Program-made: the position numbers and the translations under genes | Part shown: positions 27,680 through 37,597 of the stretch, in pieces | Position numbering within the stretch: position 1 is the stretch's first letter | How the letters are laid out: each line of letters begins with the position of its first letter | The notes under the pieces: model-generated | The model's database searches: none | What the model was told of the DNA's origin: nothing | What the model saw: only the letters and a program-made list of their open reading frames with translations | DNA from: an uncultured Azospirillum sp. | GTDB lineage: Bacteria; Pseudomonadota; Alphaproteobacteria; RF32; CAG-239 | DNA length: 64,000 nt | Assembly (NCBI GenBank): GCA_900539605.1 | Contig: UQCS01000005.1 | Coordinates: 10,564-74,563, forward strand | Direction: 5' to 3'

Positions 27680-28021
27680 ATGAGTACGGTTTTATTAGTA
27701 GTACATTTGCTGGTGGCCATTTTTCTGGTTGCCCTGATTCTGTTGCAGCGTTCCGGCGGCGGTGCGTTGGACGGTCTGGGCGGCGGCAGCGGTGCCGGCA
27801 ATTTTTTGACTGCCCGCGGTACCGGAAATCTGTTGACCCGCTTAACGGCGATCATGGCGACGATTTTTTTCCTGACCAGCCTTTCGTTGTCTCTTTATTA
27901 TAAAGATCACGGCAAAGTTGTTGCTCAGTCGATTTTGGATAAGCCTGCTACCGAAGCTTCGGTACCGGCAGAACCCGCACCGGCTCCCGCTGCACCCAGC
28001 GCACCGGTTGCAGAGAAATAA
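27680..28021 (+). CDS. secG: Preprotein translocase subunit SecG
   Basis: Two TM helices with a Gly-rich loop (LLQRSGGGALDGLGGGSGAG). The tpiA-secG linkage is common. Confidence 0.88.
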   Translation: MSTVLLVVHLLVAIFLVALILLQRSGGGALDGLGGGSGAGNFLTARGTGNLLTRLTAIMATIFFLTSLSLSLYYKDHGKVVAQSILDKPATEASVPAEPAPAPAAPSAPVAEK

Positions 28022-28046
28022 ACCGGCAATGATGAGTTCAACCGAT

Positions 28047-28076
28047 CAAGGGCACCTTTTTGATAAGGTGCCCTTG
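28047..28076 (+). terminator. Hairpin terminator after secG
   Basis: 10-bp stem CAAGGGCACC / GGTGCCCTTG. The T-tract is weak. Confidence 0.6.
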
Positions 28077-28098
28077 TCACTTTAAAATACATGGGAAT

Positions 28099-29751
28099 AT
28101 GACTGAAATGACTGAAAAAGCAAATTCGAAAACCAAATTTATTTTTATTACCGGCGGCGTCGTCTCATCCCTTGGCAAAGGACTGGCTTCGGCCTCGTTG
28201 GCAGCACTGTTGCAGGCGCGCGGTTTTAAGGTGCGGTTGCGCAAGCTTGATCCGTATCTTAATGTAGATCCAGGAACGATGAATCCATGTCAGCACGGCG
28301 AAGTTTTTGTCACCGATGACGGTACCGAAGCCGACCTCGATCTGGGGCATTATGAACGTTTTTCCGGAATTCCTGCTACCCGGCACGACAGTGTCACTTC
28401 CGGAAAAATTTATCAACGGGTTCTCGACCGTGAACGCCGCGGTGATTATCTCGGTGCCACCATTCAGGTTATTCCCCATGTGACCAACGAAATCAAAAAC
28501 TTTATTCTTTCCGATCTGGAAGATGAAGATTTTGTTTTGTGCGAAATCGGTGGTACGGTGGGAGATATTGAAGGGCAGCCGTATCTGGAGACGATCCGCC
28601 AGCTGGCTTACGAATTGGGACGCGAACATACGATGTTTGTTCATCTGACTTTGCTGCCTTATATTCCGACCGCCGGCGAGCTGAAAACCAAACCGACGCA
28701 GCATTCGGTCAAGCAGCTTCAGGAATACGGGATTCAGCCGGATATTCTGCTGTGCCGTTCTCAGGTAGAGATTCCGCAAAACGAAAAACGAAAGATTGCT
28801 TTGTTTTGCAATGTCCGTGAGGAAAGGGTGATTGCGGCGCTGGACGCAAAATCAATTTATCATGTTCCGATGGTCTATTCATGCGAAGGTCTGGACAACG
28901 AAGTCTGTAAATATTTCGGCCTTGAAGCACTGGTCGCTGATTTGAGCAAATGGGAACATATTGCCGATGTGATTGAAAATCCCGAAGGCGAAGTCAAAAT
29001 AGCCGTTGTCGGCAAATATCAGTTGTTGGAAGCCTACAAATCTTTGAGCGAAGCATTGGCTCACGGCGGTATTGCCAACCGGTTTAAAGTGAAAATCAAG
29101 TGGATTGATGCCGAGGAAATCGAAAAGAACGGCGCCGATCAATATTTATCGGACGTCGGCGGTATCTTGGTGCCGGGAGGATTTGGCAGCCGCGGCACCG
29201 AAGGGAAAATTGCCGCTGTCCGTTATGCCCGTGAGCACAATATTCCGTATTTGGGAATTTGTTTCGGTATGCAAATGGCTGTTATAGAAACCTTACGTCA
29301 TGTTGCCGGAATTGCAAATGCCAACAGTACCGAACTTTCTTCCGACTGTGAACCGGTGGTCGGTTTGATGACGGAATGGGATAAGGAAGGTGCGCGCCAA
29401 ATACGTGCCAAAGACGGAGATTTGGGCGGAACGATGCGGCTGGGAGCTTATCCCTGCATTCTGCAATCAGGATCTAAAGCCGTTGATATCTACGGCAACA
29501 AAGAGATCAGCGAACGCCATCGTCACCGCTATGAAGTGAATATTAAATATGAAGCTTTACTTAAAAAATCCGGTATGCTAATAACAGGTAAATCACCGGA
29601 CGGAAAACTTCCGGAAATAGTAGAACGGCCGGAGCATCCCTGGTTTGTCGCCGTTCAGTTTCATCCTGAACTGAAATCTAAGCCGTTTGCGCCGCACCCG
29701 TTATTTGTCGCTTTTGTAAAAGCAGCAATTGACAACAGCCGTCTTTTGTAA
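28099..29751 (+). CDS. pyrG: CTP synthase
   Basis: [13 protein letters not shown] and the glutaminase LGICFGMQ Cys motif. The ATG at 28099 is the first start after the secG terminator; 28108 is an alternative. Confidence 0.93.
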   Translation: MTEMTEKANSKTKFIFITGGVVSSLGKGLASASLAALLQARGFKVRLRKLDPYLNVDPGTMNPCQHGEVFVTDDGTEADLDLGHYERFSGIPATRHDSVTSGKIYQRVLDRERRGDYLGATIQVIPHVTNEIKNFILSDLEDEDFVLCEIGGTVGDIEGQPYLETIRQLAYELGREHTMFVHLTLLPYIPTAGELKTKPTQHSVKQLQEYGIQPDILLCRSQVEIPQNEKRKIALFCNVREERVIAALDAKSIYHVPMVYSCEGLDNEVCKYFGLEALVADLSKWEHIADVIENPEGEVKIAVVGKYQLLEAYKSLSEALAHGGIANRFKVKIKWIDAEEIEKNGADQYLSDVGGILVPGGFGSRGTEGKIAAVRYAREHNIPYLGICFGMQMAVIETLRHVAGIANANSTELSSDCEPVVGLMTEWDKEGARQIRAKDGDLGGTMRLGAYPCILQSGSKAVDIYGNKEISERHRHRYEVNIKYEALLKKSGMLITGKSPDGKLPEIVERPEHPWFVAVQFHPELKSKPFAPHPLFVAFVKAAIDNSRLL

Positions 29752-29782
29752 TTAACTGGTAAAAAATAAAAGTAAAGGAACT

Positions 29783-30325
29783 ATGAGAAATAAAATATTG
29801 ACTATCGCGTGTCTGGCTCTGTCCGTTTCGTCGGCACAGGCCGGAACTGTCAGCGACTTTTTCTATCGTGCCGCCGATAACGCAAAATATGCTTTTTCAT
29901 GTGGCAACAATGACCTCTATATACCGATAAGAACGTGGCATAACCGCTTATTCTACGATAAGGAACATCTTGATAAATATAATGAAGAACCATGGGGAAT
30001 CGGTTTTGGACGCAGTGTCTGGGACGGCAACGAGTGGCACGGGGTGTATGTCATGGGTTTTAAAGATTCTAACTTTTATTTGGAAACAATTGCCGGGTAT
30101 GCCTATCTGTACAATTGGGGTATCGGTGATTCCGAAAATTGGAAAGTTGGTGTCGGATATACGCTCGGTCTGACCCAGCGACACGAATACAAGTATATCC
30201 CGGTTCCGGTGCCGTTGCCGATTGCAGCTGTCTCTTATCAGAGATTTTCTTTGCAGGCAACCTACATTCCCGGTATTAAAAACGACGGTAATGTTCTGTT
30301 TGCCTGGATGAGATGGTCATTTTAA
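29783..30325 (+). CDS. pagP: Lipid A palmitoyltransferase PagP (outer-membrane beta-barrel)
   Basis: Aligns by eye along its whole length with E. coli PagP, including TWH (His33), YNEEPWG, FKDS (Asp76/Ser77) and the C-terminal YIPG..NGNVLFAWMRWSF. A signal peptide is present. Confidence 0.88.
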   Translation: MRNKILTIACLALSVSSAQAGTVSDFFYRAADNAKYAFSCGNNDLYIPIRTWHNRLFYDKEHLDKYNEEPWGIGFGRSVWDGNEWHGVYVMGFKDSNFYLETIAGYAYLYNWGIGDSENWKVGVGYTLGLTQRHEYKYIPVPVPLPIAAVSYQRFSLQATYIPGIKNDGNVLFAWMRWSF

Positions 30326-30350
30326 CTTCTAAACTCAAAAGGAAATTCTT

Positions 30351-31193
30351 ATGGAAAATCAAAAAACAATTAAAATAGGCAATTTTGAAATCGGCAATAA
30401 ACTGCCGCTGGCCATTATTGCAGGTCCGTGCCAGATCGAAAGCCATCAGCATGCCGTTGATATTGCCGGCGCTATGGTTGAAATCACCAACGCCCTTGGC
30501 ATTAATTACATTTTTAAGGCTTCGTATGACAAAGCCAACCGCACTTCGCTCAGATCGCCGCGGGGAGTCGGAATTGACGAGGGAATGCGGACTTTTGCCG
30601 AAATCAAAAAATTGTACGGCTGTCCGATCCTGACCGATGTTCACGAAACGGCGCAATGTGCCGTCGCAGCCGAGCAGGTTGACGTTTTGCAAATTCCTGC
30701 ATTTTTGTGTCGGCAGACCGATTTGGTGGTTGCTGCCGCCGAAACCGGAAAAGTCGTTAACATTAAAAAAGGGCAGTTTTTGGCACCGTGGGACATGAAA
30801 AATCTGGTTATGAAATCGGTTGACAGCGGCAATCCCAATGTTTGTATCACCGAGCGCGGAACCAGCTTCGGCTACAATACGCTGGTTACCGATATGCGCG
30901 CCTTTCCGCAAATGGCCAAAGATACGGGCTGTCCGCTTATTTTTGACGCCACGCACTCGGTTCAGCAGCCGGGCGGTTTGGGCGGTTGTTCGGGCGGTCA
31001 GCGCGAGTTTGCACCGATACTGGCGCGGGCAGCGGTTGCAGTCGGCGTTGCCGCCGTTTTCATCGAAACGCACGAAAACCCGGATAAAGCGCTCTCGGAC
31101 GGTCCAAATACCATTGCTTTAAAAGATATGAAAAGAGTCATTTCAGAGTTGATGGCTTATGATAAAATAACAAAAAGCCTAGTTTCTGAATAA
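30351..31193 (+). CDS. kdsA: 3-deoxy-8-phosphooctulonate (KDO-8-P) synthase
   Basis: 280 aa. AGPCQIES, KASYDKANR and DATHSVQ.PGG motifs. Confidence 0.93.
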   Translation: MENQKTIKIGNFEIGNKLPLAIIAGPCQIESHQHAVDIAGAMVEITNALGINYIFKASYDKANRTSLRSPRGVGIDEGMRTFAEIKKLYGCPILTDVHETAQCAVAAEQVDVLQIPAFLCRQTDLVVAAAETGKVVNIKKGQFLAPWDMKNLVMKSVDSGNPNVCITERGTSFGYNTLVTDMRAFPQMAKDTGCPLIFDATHSVQQPGGLGGCSGGQREFAPILARAAVAVGVAAVFIETHENPDKALSDGPNTIALKDMKRVISELMAYDKITKSLVSE

Positions 31194-31224
31194 GCTGCTG
31201 CAAAATCTATGACGTTTGAATCAT

Positions 31225-31261
31225 AAAAAGCTTCGGTTAGAAATAATCGAAGCTTTTTTTA
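31225..31261 (+). terminator. Rho-independent terminator after kdsA
   Basis: Stem AAAAGCTTCG / CGAAGCTTTT followed by a T-run. Confidence 0.85.
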
Positions 31262-31340
31262 CCCTCAACAAATCTTCGAAGATAAATAAGGACAACAGCA
31301 TTTTTTTATAAGACAGTTGAGTCGACGAAATAGAAAGCAG

Positions 31341-31384
31341 AAAACCAAAAGTCCGGTGTTTAAAACATCCGGACTTTTGGTAAA
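31341..31384 (-). terminator. Rho-independent terminator for the 118-aa membrane protein gene
   Basis: 13-bp stem ACCAAAAGTCCGG / CCGGACTTTTGGT followed by TTTT on the - strand. Confidence 0.8.
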
Positions 31385-31407
31385 GAGAGAAAAGCTCAAA
31401 ACGGCTT

Positions 31408-31764
31408 TTACGGTTGTTTCGGTGAATTGTCATCATCGGATGGGGAAATCATAATTCCGTCGATAATCCAATACACGAAAGCGTTCAACAATACCAGAAC
31501 GACGACAGTGGCGGTAAAAGACATCATGCCCGCGTCTTCTTTAAGAAGCAGGGTGTCCATAATCAGCAATACCGATCCGGTAAAAATATAATACCATCTG
31601 CAGCGCTCACGTTCATTGTGTGACCATGCCAAATAGGAGATGACGGCAACAATCAGCAAACCAACCATAAGTTTGGTGACGTCACAGTCGCGAAAATACC
31701 CCATAAAATCAGTCAAAATTACCGAACTGACGCAGTTTGCAATCAGCAAAGAAATGGTTTTCAT
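31408..31764 (-). CDS. Hypothetical integral membrane protein (118 aa, about 4 TM)
   Basis: Hydrophobic helices throughout, with its own terminator. No family recognised. Confidence 0.6.
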   Translation of the reverse strand: MKTISLLIANCVSSVILTDFMGYFRDCDVTKLMVGLLIVAVISYLAWSHNERERCRWYYIFTGSVLLIMDTLLLKEDAGMMSFTATVVVLVLLNAFVYWIIDGIMISPSDDDNSPKQP

Positions 31765-31877
31765 ATCATGAATAATTTAATTAATTGTTTTTTGAGAGGC
31801 TTTATCGTACGGTTTTTATTGCAATAAGTCAAGACTGTCGTTAATATAAATTCGATTTAATTTTAACGGATAAAAAA

Positions 31878-32594
31878 ATGCAGTTCAATGACGAAGGGTA
31901 TATTGTCGCCGTCCGCCGCTATGGAGAAAATTCTTTGATTGTCAATGTGATCAGCAAAGAACACGGTCTGATCAGCGGCTTTATCAAGGGCGGCAGCAGC
32001 AAAAAAAATGCCGGGGTTTATCAAATCGGCAATCAGATAAGCTTTGAAGCTTATGCCCGGATTGAGGAAAATATGCTGACACTTAAAACAGAGTTACTGG
32101 CACCTGTTGCAGTCAATTTTATGTCATCTTCCGCCAAACTGGCAGCTCTGTCTTCTTTGTGTGCGCTTTGCCTGAGCTGTTTACCGGAAAAAGAAAATTT
32201 AGAGCGTTTTTATTATTATATCGATAGTTTTTTCCAGTTAATAAATCAAGAAAACTGGATAACTCATTATTGTTTCTTCGAATTTTATCTTTTAGAGTAT
32301 TTGGGTATCGGGTTGGATCTTTCCAAATGTGCCGCAACCGGAAGTCGCGAAAATCTGGCCTACGTCTCTCCGAAAAGCGGGCGGGCAGTCTGCCGGGAGT
32401 CGGGAGAAATCTATGCTTCGCGCCTGTATGCCTACCCGCATTTCATTGTGGATAAAAATTATTTTCCGACCCCGCGCGAGATGGCGGATTTGTTGAAAAT
32501 GACGGCTTTTTTTCTTTCCAAAAACTTTTTTCAAACACACGGCTTGAAATTCCCGAAAAACCGTGCTAATTTGCTGGAAAACTTAGATCTATAA
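31878..32594 (+). CDS. recO: DNA repair protein RecO
   Basis: N-terminal OB-fold pattern ([34 protein letters not shown]). The size and the position next to parC fit RecO. Confidence 0.8.
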   Translation: MQFNDEGYIVAVRRYGENSLIVNVISKEHGLISGFIKGGSSKKNAGVYQIGNQISFEAYARIEENMLTLKTELLAPVAVNFMSSSAKLAALSSLCALCLSCLPEKENLERFYYYIDSFFQLINQENWITHYCFFEFYLLEYLGIGLDLSKCAATGSRENLAYVSPKSGRAVCRESGEIYASRLYAYPHFIVDKNYFPTPREMADLLKMTAFFLSKNFFQTHGLKFPKNRANLLENLDL

Positions 32595-32602
32595 GAGAAA
32601 AA

Positions 32603-34834
32603 ATGCAGGAAATCGAAGAAAAAATTAAAGATGTCCAACTGGCCGAAGAATTGAGCAAAAGATATCTTTCTTATGCCATGTCCACAATTGTTTCCCGGTC
32701 GCTTCCGGATGTTCGCGACGGCTTAAAACCGGTACACCGCCGGCTTTTGTATGCCATGCGGCAATTGCACCTCGACCCGAAGTCGGGTTTCAAAAAATGT
32801 GCCCGTGTCGTCGGCGATGTAATCGGTAAATATCACCCTCACGGTGACAGTGCTGTTTACGGCGCAATGGTACGCCTGGCACAAGACTTTTCAGTCCGTT
32901 ATCCGCTGGTGGACGGGCAGGGCAATTTTGGCAATATCGATGGTGACGGCGCAGCGGCAATGCGTTATACCGAGGCTCGGTTGACTGAATTTGCCATTGC
33001 GATGATGGAAGGTCTTAATGATAATGCCGTCGATTTCATGGAGACTTATGATGGTGAGGAAAGCGAACCGGTCGTTATGCCTTCTATGGTTCCGAATTTG
33101 CTGTGTAACGGATCGGCCGGCATTGCCGTCGGAATGGCTACCAATATCCCGCCGCACAATCTGAGCGAAGTCAGTGATGCCCTGTTATATCTGATTGATA
33201 ATCCCGATTGTGAGATTGAACCCCTGGTAAAAAGAATTAAAGGTCCCGATTTTCCGACCGGTGGTTTTATCATTGATAAATTTGAGAGTATTTTGGACAC
33301 TTATCGTCAGGGGAAGGGTGTATTTCGTATCCGTGCCAAATGGGAAAAAGAAGATCTCGGTCATGGCCAGTATCAGATTGTTATTACCGAAATTCCTTAT
33401 ATGGTGCAAAAAGCCAAACTGATTGAAAAGATTGCCGCTTTATTGCTGGAACGCAAGGTTCCGTTGCTAAATGACGTCCGGGATGAGTCCACCCATGATA
33501 TCCGAATTGTGCTGGAGCCCAAAAGTCGTCTCGTTGACGCCAACTTGCTGATGGAACATCTGTTTAAACAAACTGAGTTGGAAAGCCGCTTTAACCTTAA
33601 TATGAACGTTCTTGATTCTGACGGGGTTCCGCGGGTAATGTCCATCAAGGAAGTTTTGCGCGAGTTCTTAAATCATCGTCATATTGTCTTGATTCGTCGC
33701 GTTAATTACCGGCTTGAAAAAATAAACTACCGGTTGGAAATTTTGAGCGGTTATCTGGTCGCTTATCTTAATTTGGATCGCATTATTCAAATTATCCGCG
33801 AAGAAGACGAACCTAAAGCGGTTATGATGAAAGAGTTTGCTTTGACAGACAATCAATCGGAAGCTATTTTGAACATGAAACTCCGTTCTCTGCGCAAGCT
33901 GGAGGAAAGTCAAATTCGCGAAGAATACGATGATCTTTCGAATGAAAAGTCTGGATTGGAGGAACTACTCGGCAACGAAGATAAACGTTGGCAGGCGATT
34001 GCTGGCGAAATCAGGCAAATGAAGGAAAAATTTGGCAAGAAAACGGCTCTGGGGCGTCGTCGTACCGAGTTCTCCGAAGTTTCCGAAGAAATAGAAGTTC
34101 CGCTTGAGGTCCTGATTGAAAAAGAGCCGATTACAGTTATTCTGTCACAAAAAGGCTGGATACGCAGTCTTAAAGGGTATGCCAACCTGAATGATGAATT
34201 TAAATTCAAAGATGACGATGCCTTGCAGTTTGCCATCCATGCCCAAACCACCGACAAAATCGTGATTATGGACAGTTCCGGTAAGTTCTTTAATATTGCG
34301 GCCAACGAAATTCCGAGCGGTCGCGGGTTCGGACAACCGTTGCGCCTGATGATTGATATCGCCAACAATGACGAAGTGGTGTCTATGTTTGTTTTTGAGC
34401 CTAAAGTTTCCTATCTGATTGCCTCCAAACGCGGATACGGTTTTGTTGTTGACGAAAATCATTTGATCGCTCAAACCCGCAACGGACGGAAGATTATGAA
34501 TGTTTCCGATGGTGATGCAACGATGTTCTGTCTGAAAGTTGATGGTGATATGGTTGCCGTTGTCGGTGACAATCGCAAGCTGTTGGTATTCAAAGCCGAA
34601 GAAATTCCGACCATGGCGCGCGGGCGGGGCGTTTGTCTGCAAAAATATAAAGACGGCGGCTTGTCGGATATCCAATTCTTTAACGAAGCAAATGGTTTCA
34701 GCTTCAATCGTTCTGGCGGTGTCAGCACTGAAAAAGAATTGCTCACTTGGCTGGGACACCGGGCACAAATCGGTAAGTTGGTTCCGTTCGGTTTTCCAAA
34801 AAACAATAAATTTTTCAACCAAAACAATACTTAG
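32603..34834 (+). CDS. parC: DNA topoisomerase IV subunit A
   Basis: [25 protein letters not shown] and the AAMRYTE active-site Tyr. Length of 743 aa and a ParC-type C-terminal domain. Confidence 0.9.
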   Translation: MQEIEEKIKDVQLAEELSKRYLSYAMSTIVSRSLPDVRDGLKPVHRRLLYAMRQLHLDPKSGFKKCARVVGDVIGKYHPHGDSAVYGAMVRLAQDFSVRYPLVDGQGNFGNIDGDGAAAMRYTEARLTEFAIAMMEGLNDNAVDFMETYDGEESEPVVMPSMVPNLLCNGSAGIAVGMATNIPPHNLSEVSDALLYLIDNPDCEIEPLVKRIKGPDFPTGGFIIDKFESILDTYRQGKGVFRIRAKWEKEDLGHGQYQIVITEIPYMVQKAKLIEKIAALLLERKVPLLNDVRDESTHDIRIVLEPKSRLVDANLLMEHLFKQTELESRFNLNMNVLDSDGVPRVMSIKEVLREFLNHRHIVLIRRVNYRLEKINYRLEILSGYLVAYLNLDRIIQIIREEDEPKAVMMKEFALTDNQSEAILNMKLRSLRKLEESQIREEYDDLSNEKSGLEELLGNEDKRWQAIAGEIRQMKEKFGKKTALGRRRTEFSEVSEEIEVPLEVLIEKEPITVILSQKGWIRSLKGYANLNDEFKFKDDDALQFAIHAQTTDKIVIMDSSGKFFNIAANEIPSGRGFGQPLRLMIDIANNDEVVSMFVFEPKVSYLIASKRGYGFVVDENHLIAQTRNGRKIMNVSDGDATMFCLKVDGDMVAVVGDNRKLLVFKAEEIPTMARGRGVCLQKYKDGGLSDIQFFNEANGFSFNRSGGVSTEKELLTWLGHRAQIGKLVPFGFPKNNKFFNQNNT

Positions 34835-34880
34835 AAGACACTATAAAAGGTAAAGGGTTAAAAGATGCCCCGCGAAAGCA

Positions 34881-35060
34881 GGGTTGTCTTGATGCTTTAC
34901 AGACAACCCCCATTTTAATGGGGGTGAATGCTAAAATAGCGTTAGACACCGCTCCACGCCAGCGATTGTGGTCAAACCGCCAGGTTTGTAGCTGCTATAA
35001 TCCCCCAGTTTACGGGGGATATCTATTGTATCCTGACCCCGCTGCACCTGGGGCCTTTTA
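34881..35060. other. Cluster of GC-rich hairpins in an otherwise AT-rich ORF-free gap (candidate structured RNA or element remnant)
   Basis: Stems GGGTTGTCT/AGACAACCC (34881-34909), CCCCCA/TGGGGG (34907-24), ATCCCCC/GGGGGAT (35000-20) and CCCC/GGGG (35037-53), the last followed by CCTTTT. Confidence 0.35.
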
Positions 35061-35684
35061 GCCTCTGGCTTGCATGCAAAAGAATTTTATCAAATGAATA
35101 TGCACACAATATCCACATCCGTTGAAATTATAAAGATTATGTTGTCATTGGGCCGAGACGTTGTTTGAGTGGGTGTTGCGAAAGAAAAGACAATTTAGAG
35201 AAGGGTATTGTATTGTCATAATACCCTTGAGATGCCTTCAGTCTTCTGGAACATTTACGGGGCTTGACCTTCAGCAGCAAAACAGAGACGTTCTGTTTTA
35301 TTTTTATGATGGGCTGCAACATTCAGATGTTTAGAGCATAAAGAAACGGCTCATCCAAAGATTCTCTTGATAAACTTATTAATATGAGCTGTATGAGTTG
35401 GGTACTTGATAATCTTTCCGAGTTGGCAATCACATTTTTGTAGACGGGTGTCCGGATGTAATACAAAGCAGAGATGTTCTAAGGTGTACGAAAGAGCCTT
35501 GTTTTTTTCCGGGCTTTTGGCGCCCCAAATATCTAAGTGTAATTGTTCTATAAAATTATGCAGTTAGAGGCGTTTCTAACTGTCTGGACGTCATACCAGA
35601 CAAAATATAACAAAAAAGCACAAAACTACAATACGTTACTGTGATGGGTTAAAGCTAAAAAACACTAACTGTATAATTACACAT

Positions 35685-35712
35685 TTGTCGCATAATCAAT
35701 ATTATGTATAGT
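35685..35712 (+). other. Candidate chromosome dimer resolution site dif (XerC/XerD)
   Basis: TTGTCGCATAA-TCAATA-TTATGTATAGT matches 19 of 28 positions of E. coli dif GGTGCGCATAATGTATATTATGTTAAAT, including GCATAA-N6-TTATGT. It sits in the gap between convergent genes where CDS strand bias flips. Confidence 0.6.
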
Positions 35713-36010
35713 AATGAGCATAAGAAAGCATAAGGTTAATCGTATTTAATGCATTGAAATCAAGTCATTTTATTAGTTTAAATGTTATTATTTCGCCCCG
35801 GACAAACATGGAACGCAATGAGCAAGTTATTTTGCTTTAAGTCTGCACCAGCAGTTGATAAAAGATTGGTCGATTTTTTCAGGCGTTTGCTTTATATTTT
35901 AATTAACAATAGCTTCGTTGATTGTTAGCTCCGATTGTGATCGTCGATTTGTTTTCAACGCCACCGCGTTCGGAATTATTTTTTATCTCACAATTCCGAT
36001 TTATTCACGC

Positions 36011-37597
36011 CTATAAGGCAGCAGCGATCAATTTCTTGGTATAATCTTGCTGAGGATGTTCAAATATATCTTCACAACTGCCAATTTCGACCGCCTGGCC
36101 GTCTTTCATTACCAGAATCTGATCGGACATTGCGCGAACCGCATTCATGTCATGAGATATAAAGATATAACTCAAATTCCGTTTTTCTTGGATTTCTTGT
36201 AGCAATTTTATGATTTGTGCCTGGATTGTAACGTCAAGCGCGGACGTTGGCTCATCCAAGATCAACAATTGCGGTTTCAGAATCAAGGCACGTGCAATTG
36301 CAATTCTTTGTCGTTGACCGCCGGAGAATTCATGCGGATACTTAACCAAATCGCTTTCGGACAATCCGGTCTCTTCAAGAGTTTCAATCACCATTTTCCG
36401 TCTTTCGACTTTACTTATTTCGGGATAATGAACCGAAACGCCTTCTCCGACAATCTCTTCAATGTTCATCCGCGGGTTGAGAGAATTGTACGGATCTTGA
36501 AAAACCACCTGAATATCCTTACATAGCTTTTGACGCTCTTTAGATGTAAGTGATTGTATTTCAATATTTTTGAATAATATCTTCCCCTGGTACCTGTTCA
36601 ATCCGGCAATGGCGGAACCAAGGGTTGTTTTCCCCGAGCCGGACTCTCCGACGATCCCCAGGGTTGTTCCTTTGGCCAGAGAAAAAGAAACATTATCAAC
36701 TGCATTGAGTTGTTCCAGTACCCTTCCCCACAAGTTCTTCTTCAAGGGAAAAGTTACTTTGATTTTTTCGGCTTGCAGCAGAATATCATTACTTTTTTTA
36801 TTGTTTTTCTGCAGCATATGGGCATTAATCAAATCTTTGGTATAAGAATGACGCGGATGTTCAAAAACCTGTTTTATCAAACCCTGTTCAATGATCTTCC
36901 CATTTTTCATCACCATGACACGATCGGCGATTTTACGGATCACAGTCAGGTCGTGACTGATGAAAATGATAGCCATATTCAGCTTTTCTTTGAGTTCAAT
37001 CAACAAATTAATAATTTGTTCCTGAACTGTTACATCAAGTGCGGTTGTCGGTTCATCGGCAATCAGAATATCCGGTTTATTGGCAATAGCCATTGCAATC
37101 ATCACTCGCTGTCTTTGACCGCCGGAAAGTTCAAAAGGATAAGATTTCATCCGTTTTTCGGCATTTTGAATTCCGGTTATTTTCAGTAATCGCAAAACTT
37201 CTTTTCGAGCTTGTTTGAAAGTAAGTTTTTGATGCAGCATCAGGCTTTCTGCAATTTGTTTTTCAATGCTATGCAACGGATTGAGAGAAGACATCGGTTC
37301 CTGAAAAATATAGGCAATCCGGTTGCCGCGAATTTGCCGGAACCTCTTGTCGTCTAAACCGATCAATTCCGTCCCTTCAAATTTTATTGAAGAAGCTTCT
37401 TCATGAAACGCTTTCGGATAAGGCAACAGCCCGAGCACAGCCAACGAGGTCACAGATTTCCCCGAACCGGACTCTCCGACAATTCCCAAGACTTCTCCGG
37501 CTTGCAGCTCAAAAGAGACATCATCCGTCGCTGTTTTGGAAAGATTACCGTCTTGAGCAAATTTTACGGTCAGATTTTTGACTTCCAGTATGCTCAT
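36011..37597 (-). CDS. yejF: ABC transporter ATP-binding protein, fused double ATPase (YejF type)
   Basis: Two Walker A sites (GESGSGKS and GESGSGKT), two LSGGQRQR signatures and 528 aa length. Confidence 0.88.
   Translation of the reverse strand: MSILEVKNLTVKFAQDGNLSKTATDDVSFELQAGEVLGIVGESGSGKSVTSLAVLGLLPYPKAFHEEASSIKFEGTELIGLDDKRFRQIRGNRIAYIFQEPMSSLNPLHSIEKQIAESLMLHQKLTFKQARKEVLRLLKITGIQNAEKRMKSYPFELSGGQRQRVMIAMAIANKPDILIADEPTTALDVTVQEQIINLLIELKEKLNMAIIFISHDLTVIRKIADRVMVMKNGKIIEQGLIKQVFEHPRHSYTKDLINAHMLQKNNKKSNDILLQAEKIKVTFPLKKNLWGRVLEQLNAVDNVSFSLAKGTTLGIVGESGSGKTTLGSAIAGLNRYQGKILFKNIEIQSLTSKERQKLCKDIQVVFQDPYNSLNPRMNIEEIVGEGVSVHYPEISKVERRKMVIETLEETGLSESDLVKYPHEFSGGQRQRIAIARALILKPQLLILDEPTSALDVTIQAQIIKLLQEIQEKRNLSYIFISHDMNAVRAMSDQILVMKDGQAVEIGSCEDIFEHPQQDYTKKLIAAAL

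Noticed and set aside
35120-35150. A second dif-like site at AAATTATAAAGATTATGTTGTCA.
   Set aside because: Only TTATGTT of the XerD arm matches. The XerC arm lacks GCATAA and the 16-mer core is absent. In AT-rich DNA this is probably chance.
34860-35330. Possible tmRNA (one- or two-piece), RNase P RNA, SRP RNA or 6S RNA in the parC-yejF gap.
   Set aside because: On either strand there is no tRNA-like T-loop (GGTTCGA), no acceptor/CCA end, no plausible tag ORF ending in hydrophobic-Ala-Ala-stop, no GGAAAGTCCGG or ACAGAA.CCGGCTTA RNase P motif, and no GGAAGCAGC SRP motif.
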